A DNA stretch of 64,000 bases, taken from assembly GCA_950097015.1 (NCBI GenBank), contig CATNEN010000030.1, positions 1,364,001 through 1,428,000 on the forward strand, written 5' to 3'. The stretch is from Macrostomum hystrix (lineage: Eukaryota > Animalia > Platyhelminthes). This document shows positions 44,501 to 56,500 of this stretch, piece after piece. The position numbers were made by a program, and so were the translations under genes. How positions within the stretch are numbered: the first letter of the stretch is position 1; each line of letters opens with the position of its first letter. The notes below the pieces were generated by a model. The model was not told where the DNA came from. It saw only the letters and a list, made by a program, of their open reading frames with translations, and ran no database searches.

Positions 44501-47500
44501 AAGTCGGCTGCAAACCTAGCATTTATTTCAGGAAGTTTATTTCAGGTGTTTCTTTCAGTAGCTTATCTTTAGAGTGGAGACGTCATCCTCTCTTGCTCTA
44601 GATTCGAACCTCACACTAACCATCCGCCCTTAAACACGGTTGACGCTTACCATTCTTGTAATGGGGGGAGACATTGCAATAGGTATGTCCCGTGTCCTTT
44701 ATTGGCATAGATAGTGTGTCCCGTGTACTTTAGCGGTATTGATAGTGTATCCCGTGTACTTTAGCGGTATTGATAGTGTGTCCCTGTGTCCCGTGTTCTT
44801 TAGCGGTATTGATAGTGTGTCCCTGTGTCCCGTGTCCTTTAGCGGTATTGATAGTGTGTCCCTGTGTCCCGTGTCCTTTAGCGGTATTGATAGTGTGTCC
44901 CTGTGTCCCGTGTTCTTTAGCGGTATTGATAGTGTGTCCCTGTGTCCCGTGTTCTTTAGCGGTATTGATAGTGTGTCCCTGTGTCCCGTGTCCTTTAGCG
45001 GTATTGATCGTGTGTCCCTGTGTCCCGTGTTCTTTAGCGGTATTGATCGTGTGTCCCTGTGTCCCGTGTTCTTTAGCGGTATTGATAGTGTGTCCCTGTG
45101 TCCCGTGTCCTTTAGCGGTATTGATCGTGTGTCCCTGTGTCCCGTGTCCTTTAGCGGTATTGATAGTGTGTCCCGTGTACTTTAGCGGTATTGATAGTGT
45201 GTCCCTGTGTCCCGTGTTCTTTAGCGGTATTGATAGTGTGTCCCTGTGTCCCGTGTTCTTTAGCGGTATTGATAGTGTGTCCCTGTGTCCCGTGTTCTTT
45301 AGCGGTATTGATCGTGTGTCCCTGTGTCCCGTGTTCTTTAGCGGTATTGATAGTGTGTCCCTGTGTCCCGTGTCCTTTAGCGGTATTGATCGTGTGTCCC
45401 TGTGTCCCGTGTTCTTTAGCGGTATTGATCGTGTGTCCCTGTGTCCCGTGTTCTTTAGCGGTATTGATAGTGTGTCCCTGTGTCCCGTGTCCTTTAGCGG
45501 TATTGATCGTGTGTCCCTGTGTCCCGTGTCCTTTAGCGGTATTGATAGTGTGTCCCGTGTACTTTAGCGGTATTGATAGTGTGTCCCTGTGTCCCGTGTT
45601 CTTTAGCGGTATTGATAGTGTGTCCCTGTGTCCCGTGTTCTTTAGCGGTATTGATAGTGTGTCCCTGTGTCCCGTGTTCTTTAGCGGTATTGATCGTGTG
45701 TCCCTGTGTCCCGTGTTCTTTAGCGGTATTGATAGTGTGTCCCTGTGTCCCGTGTTCTTTAGCGGTATTGATCGTGTGTCCCTGTGTCCCGTGTCCTTTA
45801 GCGGTATTGATAGTGTGTCCCTGTGTCCCGTGTTCTTTAGCGGTATTGATCGTGTGTCCATAGTGTGTACACACACTAAAGTAGTGTGTACTTTAGCAGT
45901 ACTAATGTCTCCATTGATTGTCTCTACCTGTCATTCAGCAATAATTAGTGCCTCAGCCTGTCCTGATCACCAATCTACAGTAGTGAGCGAATCAAGCCCT
46001 GACCTGTTTCACGGTGACACTGATGGCATGGCTGGCGATGCCCTTCAGGTTCTGCGCGAAGCACTGATAGTCGCCGGCGTCGCTCAGCTCAGCCGCCGCA
46101 ATCTCTAACTTCTGACCCCGATTGGACACAATGCCTCCGGTGAACTTGGCGCCGCCTTTGTACCAGGTGATCTCAGGATCCGGGTAGCCGCTAACTGAGC
46201 ACACAAGAACCAGGGTCTTGCCTTTCTCACCTGTCACCTGACTTTCCGAGGATCGGTTGCGGTCCACCTCCGGCTTATCTACGGTGGTGACAAGGTTTGA
46301 GTTTTTTAAAGTAGCAGCCAAAAATAGCATCAGCTCAGCAATCGCACCCCCTCCCCAACACTACAATCGCACGCAATCAATCAATCCAACAACCCTCACA
46401 CGCACCCCAACTCTCTCACCCACCCCAACGCTCGCACCCAACTCTACGCTCTCAACAACCCCAACCCTCGCACCCCACCCAATCCTAGCATCTACCCCAA
46501 TCCTAGCACCCACCCCAATCCTAGCACCCACCCCAATCCTAGCACCCACACTAATCCTAGCAGCCACCCCAAGCCTCGAACCTACCCCAAGCCTCACACT
46601 CACCACAAGCCTCGCACTCACCCCAAGCCTCGCACTCACCCCAAGCCTCGCACCCACCCCAATCCTAGCACCCACCCCAATCCTAGCACCCACCCCAATC
46701 CTAGCACCCACCCCAATCCTAGCACCCACTCCAATCCTAGCACCCACTCCAATCCTGGCACCCACCCCAATCCTGGCACCCACCCCAATCCTAGCACCCA
46801 CCCCAAGCCTCGAACCCACCCCAAGCCTCGCACTCACCCCAAGCCTCGCACTCACCCCAAGCCTCGCACTTACCCCAACTCTCGCACCCACCCGAAAACC
46901 CGCACCCACCCCAACGCTCGTACCCACCCTAACCCTCGCACCCAATCCTACGCTCTCACCCACCCCAAGCCTCGCACCCACCTATCGCCGCAATCACACC
47001 AAAAATCATGTCCTTACACTGTACAGTCAGGGTGAAATTCTTCGAGCGGCCGTCCTCGCCAATCAGGCAGGTGTAAATTCCTGTATCGTCGGAACTGACG
47101 CTCAGCAAGATCAGGCTGGTCTTGTCCGAGGTCAGGGTATAATCATCTGTAAAGTTTATTCAAGAATAATTCGATTTTGAATTATCGAGTAGTTTCTACT
47201 ATACTTTTTTAGTAAGAGATTAGAAAGAGATGTCTGCTCACCTCGTTTGAGTATAGCCTCAACCGGTTGGCCATTTCGAAGCCATTGAATGCGCGGCTGA
47301 GGCCAGGCCATCTCGGTCTCGCAGGTGAATGTCACCCGGCTGCCGCGGTCGCCAGTCCGGTCCGGCTTGCTGGTCCCCGAGACGGCCGCTTCTTTGGGAT
47401 CTGCGGAATAAAAAAGGACTCGTATTTTTAAAGCGTCTTTTTATATAGTTCTACTGTAAGTAGTGCAGTTTGAATTTTCTGAAAATCAATCACAATAGAA

Positions 47501-50500
47501 TTGAAAACTCACCGAACACAATCACGGTGGTGACATGGAAGCCGGAAGCGCCGCCCTCGTTCCTAGCCTGACATTTCCACGGTCCGTCGTGTTGAAATTT
47601 TCGCACTTCCCGTATGTAGAGCGAACCGTCAGCGTACTTGCTGGCTCCTAAACGCTCCAGCTCGGTGTCGGTGGCTGGGACGTTGCGAAACCACCAGAGA
47701 ATCTCTGGCTTCGGGAAGCCCTCCTTCACTGTGCAGAGCAGGTTCATGCTGTCCGATTGTAGCACCGTCTTGCTGCTGATGAGATTGGGCTCTAGTACCG
47801 GACGCTTGATCGCTGTCAGGTCGAAGTTCAACGTCACGTTGCCGCCTTTGTTGAAGGCCCGGCATTGGAAACTAAACAATTGAAAGAGAGTTTGAGAGAA
47901 CAATGGGTCGGTGCTAGGACCAATGCTGGCACCCATTTAAAAACTGGGTGAACTGAAGCAATGCGAAGTTCCAATCGAGTCAGGAATCGAACCCCCGACC
48001 TTCAAGTCGTGAGTAGGATGCTCTAAACGACCACCGACGCTCTAGATTGATGGTAGGGTGTCGGGATTGATAATATAATAATAATAATATTAATTGCAGG
48101 AGGGCTGTGGGCAGTGGTACATCATTTGGTGACACTAGACCCGCAGCCAGCGAGGAGGCAATTCTGCCCATTTCGCTGACTCCTGAGCACACACGCACAC
48201 AGATACTGTACGCAGGCATACGCCCACACAGGTGTGTACATCTGGCCTGACTTTCTCATCGTCAGGCAGTGTACACTTCACTGTGCCTTGGAGGTTGGCC
48301 CTCAACGGCGTAAATTGCACGACAAGCCCTCAAGCCTTCTCTCCACGGCTGCGCCCCAAATAAATGTGGGCTCACCATGGAATCGAACTTAGGGACAGTG
48401 GTGCGAGAGGCAAACGCGATAACCGCTCTGCCACCGACCCACCTTGTCGGGATTGATACTTAGGTGTCCAGATTGATGCTAGGGTGTCCAGATTGATGGT
48501 AGGGTGTCCAGACTGATGGTAGGGTGTCCAGATTGATGGTTCTGGACACCCTATAATCAATCTAACAGATTACACTAATACAATAATGATAACTTGTCAG
48601 CACTGTTAGGTGTTCTCAAACAGACACTAGAACTGCATCTGTTGTACTCATTCGGTCCCAATTCCCAACTCACAGGCCGACATGCGTGCTCTCAATGCTG
48701 TCAATGAGCAGCTCGTTCTGTTGATTGACCCGAACGCCAAGCCGAGCGGCGTCGGCCACGCTGAGACGCTGGCCCTTGAAGTACCAATGAATGTCAGGCT
48801 TGGGCTTGCCAGTCACATTGCAGCCGATGCGCAGCGGCTCGCCAATCTTGGCGGTGATCTTCAGCGGCGAATCCGTGCCGGCACCGCTGGAGCTCTTCGG
48901 CGGCACCAGGATGATGACCCGGTAGCTGTGCAACTGCCGGCCGACGCTGTTTTTGCCGATGCACTCGAAGAAGCCTTCGTCGGTCTCAACAGTCGGGGTG
49001 ATGTCCAGGCGGGTGCCCTGCCGGCTGAGAATGAACCGGCCCTCGCTGCGGCTGATCTCCATGACGGCCTGGCCGAGGCGGAGCGGCCTGAAGTACCAGC
49101 GCACTGTCGGCGTCGGGTTGCCGTCGAATTTGCAGGTCAGGTCGAGGGCGCGGCCCTTTACCACGTACTTCACCTTTTCGTAGGTCTGCTTCAGCCGGGG
49201 CGGTGCTGGTGAGAGGGGAGACAGTGAAATTCATGGTTACCCAGTCAGTCCTCTTCACCCACTGCACACCTCAGCCAGTCCTCTTCACCCACTGCACACC
49301 TCAGTCAGTCCTCTTCACCCACTGCACACCTCAGTCAGTCCTCTTCACCCACTGCACACCTCAGTCAGTCCTCTTCACCCACTGCACACCTTAGTCAGTC
49401 CTCTTCTCCCACTGCACACCTCAGCCAGTCCTCTTCTCCCACTGCACACCTTAGTCAGTCCTCTTCACCCACTGCACACCTCAGCCAGTCCTCTTCTCCC
49501 ACTGCACACCTCAGCCAGTCCTCTTCACCCACTGCACACCTCAGCCAGTCCTCTTCACCCACTGCACACCTCAGCCAGTCCTCTTCACCCACTGCACACC
49601 TCAGTCAGTCCTCTTCACCCACTGCACACCTCAGCCAGTCCTCTTCACCCACTGCACACCTCAGCCAGTCCTCTTCTCCCACTGCACACCTCAGTCAGTC
49701 CTCTTCTCCCACTGCACACCTCAGTCAGTCCTCTTCACCCACTGCACACCTCAGCCAGTCCTCTTCACCCACTGCACACCTCAGCCAGTCCTCTTCTCCC
49801 ACTGCACACCTTAGTCGGTCCTTCTTTTTCACTCATTAAAAAGGCTCAATAAGGTAAGTCCAGGCCACTCACTCTGCACATCCAGTCTCAGCTGCATGGC
49901 ATCGGTGCCTAAATCATTGACAGCCTCGCATGAGTAAGCCCCCGAGTGCTTCGAGTCTCGGACAAGCCTAATATTGAGCACCATGCCGTCATCAGACAGT
50001 GAGTAGTCGGAGTCTAAGAAATTCAGCGGAACCCGGTTTAGCGACCAGCGCACAATTGGTCGAGGATCACCGGAACTGACGCAGTACAGAGTGACTGGGT
50101 CGCCTTCGTTCACCCTGTACTCGGTCCGCGATCGGTTGAATCGAGGCTCTGACTGCACGTCTAGGCGGATGGCCTGCTCAGCTTTATCGATACTGTTTAC
50201 AGCCTGGCACTTGTAGGTGGCCTCGTCGGCGAACTGGTGAGACAAGTTTAGTGAGAGAGTGACTGAGATCTGGGGTGGGTGAGAGAGTGACTGAGATCTG
50301 GGGTGGGTGAGAGAGTGACTGAGGTCTGGGGTGGGTGGGGAGTGACTGAGGTCTGGGGTGAGTGGGGAGGGACTGAGGTCTGGGGTGGGTGGGGGGCATT
50401 GAGGTCTGGGGTGGGTGAGAGAGAGACTGAGGTCTGGGGTGGGTGAGAGAGTGAGGAGTGAGATGTGCTCCAAAGAGAGCTTCGAGCTATTCTCACCGTG

Positions 50501-53500
50501 GCATCCCGAATGAGCAGCTGTGAGCTCTTGCTATTATCCAGGGCCTCAACCAGATACTTGGAGTCGGAGGCTTCAATGGGTCGCAGAGAGGAGCCGTTAT
50601 AGCTGACGTCGACAAACCAGGAGATCTTTGGCTCGGGTTTGCCGTCAATGTAGGTGCACTTTAGCGACACACTGTCGCCGAGCTTCACAACCCGCCTGGG
50701 ACTCACGTTGGCCAGTACGGGAGGCCCTGCAGGATTCCAAGACCGAATCGGACTTTGATTTGAGTAAATGCTAATTAAAGTTACGATACTTGTGAATTCG
50801 GAGTCACGGTTGAGTAGATTCAGAGTCTGGGTAGAGTAGATTCAGAGTCTGGGTAGAGTAGATTTATAGTCTGGGTAGAGTAGATTCAGAGTCTGGGTAG
50901 AGTAGATTCGGAGTCTGGGTAGAGTAGATTCAGAGTCTGGGTAGAGTAGATTCAGAGTCTGGGTAGAGTAGATTCAGAGTCTGGGTAGAGTAGATTCAGA
51001 GTCTGGGTAGAGTAGATTCAGAGTCTGGGTAGAGTAGATTCAGAGTCTGGGTAGAGTAGATTCAGAGTCTGGGTAGAGTAGATTCAGAGTCTGGGTAGAG
51101 TAGATTCAGAGGCTGGGTAGAGTATATTCAGAGTCTGGGTAGAGTAGATTCAGAGTCTGGGTAGAGTAGATTCAGAGTCTGGGTAGAGTAGATTCAGAGT
51201 CTTGGTAGAGTCTCACGGTGTCCGACAATCTGCACCCGGACCCGCTCCTGGGCGTCTCCGTAGGGGTTGGTGACTCGGCAGATGTACCAACCGGCGTCAG
51301 CGTCTTTCGCGCCTGGGGATAAAAATTTTGTTCCGCAATATTTAGTCACATCGTTGGCGATTGTTGACGAATGAATATTAGCTCACCATTGATAACTAGA
51401 GATTTTGAGGTAGGACTAATCATATTAAAGCTGTACTTCTCGCTGTCGCGAATGAGCAGCTGACTGCCCGTTTCCGTCACCCGAAGCCACTCAATGTTTG
51501 GACTGTGACCGCCGGAGGCCTGGCAGGGCAGGACACCAGCCTGACCGTATTCGACGCTGATGGCAGTCTTTGAGACACTTGCGGTGGGGTATGCTGGGTT
51601 GATGGTCGGGTTTGGGGCGAATGATTTGAATGCCACAAAATTACAAAATAAGTAAAATAGTCTATCGGAGGGAAAGCATATGTTCTATGTGAAATTGTAT
51701 ATGGGGAAGAAATTATAAGATCTATGTGAAACAGTCGATGGGTAAGAAAGCCTTAGATCTATGTGAAATAGTCTACGGGAAAGAAGGCATAAGATCTATG
51801 TGAAATAGTCTATGGGAGAGAAAGCGTAAGTTCTATGTGAAATAGTTTATGGGAAAGAAGGCATAAGATCTATGTGAAATAGTCTATGGGAAAGAAGGCA
51901 TAAGATCTATGTGAAATAGTTTATGGGCAAGAAGGCATAAGATCTATGTGAAATAGTCTACTGGAAGGTAAACCTAAGATTTTTTTTAAATAGTTGGTGT
52001 ATGTGAAGCAATTAATACTGACTTCCTATATCCATTGTAATACGGTCCTCTGCCAGACCGGCAACATTCTCCGCCAAGCAGGTCCATTCGCCCCGCGAAG
52101 CGGCGTCAACCACAAAGCTGACTGTGCCAGCCGCCGTGTCAACGGAGAATTCCGGCCCGGCGACAATTGGAATGCCGTTTCGACGCCAGCTGATGACTGG
52201 CACAGGCTGTCCGGTGGCGTTGCAACTTAACTGGCGTCGTTCGCCGATGATGCCAACAACGCTGCTGTTGACAGCGCGTACAGTCGGCCTCTCGACGTAG
52301 ATGATGTTGACTGGCTCGGCGGACACTCCGCCGGAGTTCTCCGCCTTGCAATTGTAGACACCCTTGTGCTCCTCCTTGGCGTCGAGAATCTGCAGGACGC
52401 TATTCCTGGCGCTGACGTGCATGTCGGATAGAACCTCGGCGTTGCCCTTCAGCCAGGTGATGGTCGGTCGAGGCACACCGGTTGCCGAACAGGTGACTCG
52501 GATCGAGTCGCCGCGTTGATAATTGACTCGCCTGCTGGTGACGCGAACAATTGGCGACTCCTGGATGCGCAGCCAGGTGTCCCGGCTGCTGCGGATGCCG
52601 CTGCCTTGGCCATCGTACTCGGCCTTGCAGATGTACTTGCCGACATCACGTCGGCTCACGGATCTGGGTTAAATGGTTTCATCTTACTAATTGGCTTCAG
52701 AACTAGGGTGTGCAAACGAGGGCACATTCACCGCCTGCGTACAGATGTTCAGTCCATGGACTGGTGGAGGGGGCCGCCAAACCCACACCCGAAGCTTTTA
52801 GGAATTAAGTGTCTTGTTCAATGAATCTAATTGTTTCCGTTTAGAGCCGAGAATCGAACTCTCGACGTCTCGGTCAGAAGTCTAAATCTCTGACCACAAA
52901 GGTCCTCAATAAGGTGCTCTTTTACCCCGAATTTTTATTTTTTGGACTCGGCAACAACTTTTTTTCTGGCAATCTTGAGTTTAAAACAACAAGCAAACAT
53001 TGCGTGAACATTACGAGCTACCCAGTGAGCTCGTGGCCGCGTTTTTTTAGCAACGATACAAATTGCAACAGACTATTTTGACATTGACTGATTAAAATTT
53101 TTCTTACATTACCACTCACTGTGATGGAACTTTCTACTGCGATCAATAGCAATACTTTTTGGTTTCATTTTTTCTACTTAGAAAGCTAACTTCTCTACTG
53201 AAACTTGTGCTTAGTAAGAAATGCGGGTAATCTAGGAGTTACCTGACAGCTGACACTAATCTGGAATATCTGAAGTCTGTCAGCTGACACTAATCTGGAA
53301 TATCTGAGGTGTGTCAGCTGACACTAATCTGGAATATCTGAGGTGTTTCAGCTGACATTAATCTGGAATATCTGAGGTGTGTCAGCTGACACTAATCTGA
53401 AATATCTGAGGTGTTTCAGCTGGCACTAATCTGGAATATCTGAGGTGTGTCAGCTGACACTAATCCGGAATATCTGAGGTGTGTCAGCTGACACTAATCT

Positions 53501-56500
53501 GGAATATCTGAGGTGTGTCAGCTGACACTAATCTGGAATATCTGAGGTGTTTCAGCTGACACTAATCTGGAATATCTGAAGTCTGTCAGCTGGCACTAAT
53601 CTGGAATATCTGAGGTGTGTCAGCTGACACTAATCCGGAATATCTGAGGTGTTTCAGCTGACACTAATCTGGAATATCTGAGGTGTGTCAGCTGACACTA
53701 ATCTGGAATATCTGAAGTCTGTCAGCTGACACTAATCTGGAATATCTGAGGTGTTTCAGCTGACACTAATCTGGAATATCTGAGGTGTTTCAGCTGACAC
53801 TAATCTGGAATATCTGAAGTCTGTCAGCTGACACTAATCTGGAATATCTGAGGTGTGTCAGCTGACACTAATCTGGAATATCTGAGGTGTGTCAGCTGAC
53901 ACTAATCTGGAATATCTGAGGTGTGTCAGCTGACACTAATGTGGAATATCTGAGGTGTTTCAGCTGACATTAATCTGGAATATCTGAGGTGTTTCAGCTG
54001 ACACTAATCTGGAATATCTGAGGTGTGTCGGCTGACACTAATCTGGAATATCTGAGGTGTGTCGGCTGACACTAATCTGGAATATCTGAAGTCTGTCAGC
54101 TGACACTAATCTGGAATATCTGAGTTGTTTCAGCTGACGCTAATCTGGAATATCTGAGGTGTGTCGGCTGACACTAATTTGGAATATCTGAGGTGTTTCA
54201 GCTGACACTAATCTGGAATATCTGAGGTGTTTCAGCTGACACTAATCTGGAATATCTGAGGTGTTTCAGCTGACACTAATCTGGAATATCTGAGGTGTTT
54301 CAGCTGACACTAATCTGGAATATCTGAGGTGTTTCAACTGACACTAATCTGGAATATCTGAGGTGTTTCAGCTGACACTAATCTGGAATATCTGAGGTGT
54401 TTCAGCTGACACTAATCTGGAATATCTGAGGTGTGTCAGCTGACACTAATCTGGAATATCTGAGGTGTTTCAGCTGACACTAATCTGGAATATCTGAAGT
54501 CTGTCAGCTGGCACTAATCTGGAATATCTGAGGTGTGTCAGCTGACACTAATCCGGAATATCTGAGGTGTTTCAGCTGACACTAATCTGGAATATCTGAG
54601 GTGTGTCAGCTGACACTAATCTGGAATATCTGAAGTCTGTCAGCTGACACTAATCTGGAATATCTGAGGTGTTTCAGCTGACACTAATCTGGAATATCTG
54701 AGGTGTTTCAGCTGACACTAATCTGGAATATCTGAAGTCTGTCAGCTGACACTAATCTGGAATATCTGAGGTGTGTCAGCTGACACTAATCTGGAATATC
54801 TGAGGTGTGTCAGCTGACACTAATCTGGAATATCTGAGGTGTGTCAGCTGACACTAATCTGGAATATCTGAGGTGTTTCAGCTGACACTAATCTGGAATA
54901 TCTGAGGTGTTTCAGCTGACACTAATCTGGAATATCTGAGGTGTGTCGGCTGACACTAATCTGGAATATCTGAGGTGTGTCGGCTGACACTAATCTGGAA
55001 TATCTGAAGTCTGTCAGCTGACACTAATCTGGAATATCTGAGTTGTTTCAGCTGACGCTAATCTGGAATATCTGAGGTGTGTCGGCTGACACTAATTTGG
55101 AATATCTGAGGTGTTTCAGCTGACACTAATCTGGAATATCTGAGGTGTTTCAGCTGACACTAATCTGGAATATCTGAAGTCTGTCAGCTGACACTAATCT
55201 GGAATATCTGAAGTCTGTCAGCTGACACTAATCTGGAATATCTGAAGTCTGTCAGCTGACACTAATCTGGAATATCTGAAGTCTGTCAGCTGACACTAAT
55301 CTGGAATATCTGAAGTCTGTCAGCTGACACTAATCTGGAATATCTGAAGTCTGTCAGCTGAGTCAAGAATTCAGGTTTGGAATCCTCACTTTATGACCAG
55401 TCGCTTATCGATGGAGCCTTGTCGCCGTGTCTCGCTGACCGTCACCCGGCTCGTGTTGCCCAGGCGGATGCTGAGCTCCTGTCGGTACCAGTGCACAGAG
55501 ATGTTCGACCTGTCTGCTGATTCGTCAACCACAACCAGGCATTTCAACTCGGCGTCTGTGCCGGTGGCCACCGTGGTGTTGCCGCCAACAATGTGCACAG
55601 TTGGCACGTCCGCTGGAGTAGGTTGAAATGACTAGTTGCATGAGAGGCATTGCTATATAATGTTAGTAGTGTTCTGGCGTCTACAATCTTACCCAAATAA
55701 AGATGCCACAGTAAGCATGTTACTGAGGGTGTGCCGGAGTGACTGTGAGAGTGACATAGAGTGTGACATTGAGAGTGGCAGTGAGAGTGTGAGAGAATGA
55801 CGGTAAGAGTGCGATAGAGTGACGATGAGAGTGTGAGAGAGTGACAGTAAGAGTAACAGTGAGAGTGACTCTGAGTGTGACAGTGAGAGTGACAGTGAGA
55901 GTGCCTGTGAGAATGGGTCAACGAGAACACCCAGTGTCTGGTGCTAGCTAGGAAAGCTTACGCAGCACAATGACTTGGATCTTGTCAGAGTGAATCTGTC
56001 CGTCGCTGGTCCGAGCGACCAGCTCGTAGACTCCGGCAGCCACAACGCCAACATTCCGGAGCTGATAAGTCTGCGTCCGCTGCTGTGGCTGGCTGCTGAC
56101 GGACTGGATTCGCTGCCTGTCACCGCCAGGATCGCCTGACACCTTGTACCAGGTGGCCTCGTAGTCGCGAGGGCTCAGCACTTCGCAGGATAGCGTCACG
56201 GTGTCCTTGCGTTTTACCTTCACGTCAACGCTGCTGCTGCTGCTGCTGCCGACGTTAACCCCGCCAGTAGTCGAGGCACTCCCGGACGCCATGTCGGCGC
56301 CGCGACATTCGACACGCGGTGGCGGCGCCTCACGGGCTCGAATCGCTGTCGGCGTGTAGCGTTGAAAATCGCGACCCTCCGAGTCTTTGCCGGTCACCTG
56401 GCAGGTTAGGATTAATCAGGGCGACTGGGATAAAGGTGTGGATGATGATCGGGAAGAAAGGGGAAGAAACCGGGATAAGAGGGGAAGAAGGGGGTGGGAG

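Noticed and set aside
52845-52905. tRNA-like sequence on the minus strand
   Set aside because: Only degenerate A/B boxes, and too short to assign to a tRNA or SINE family.
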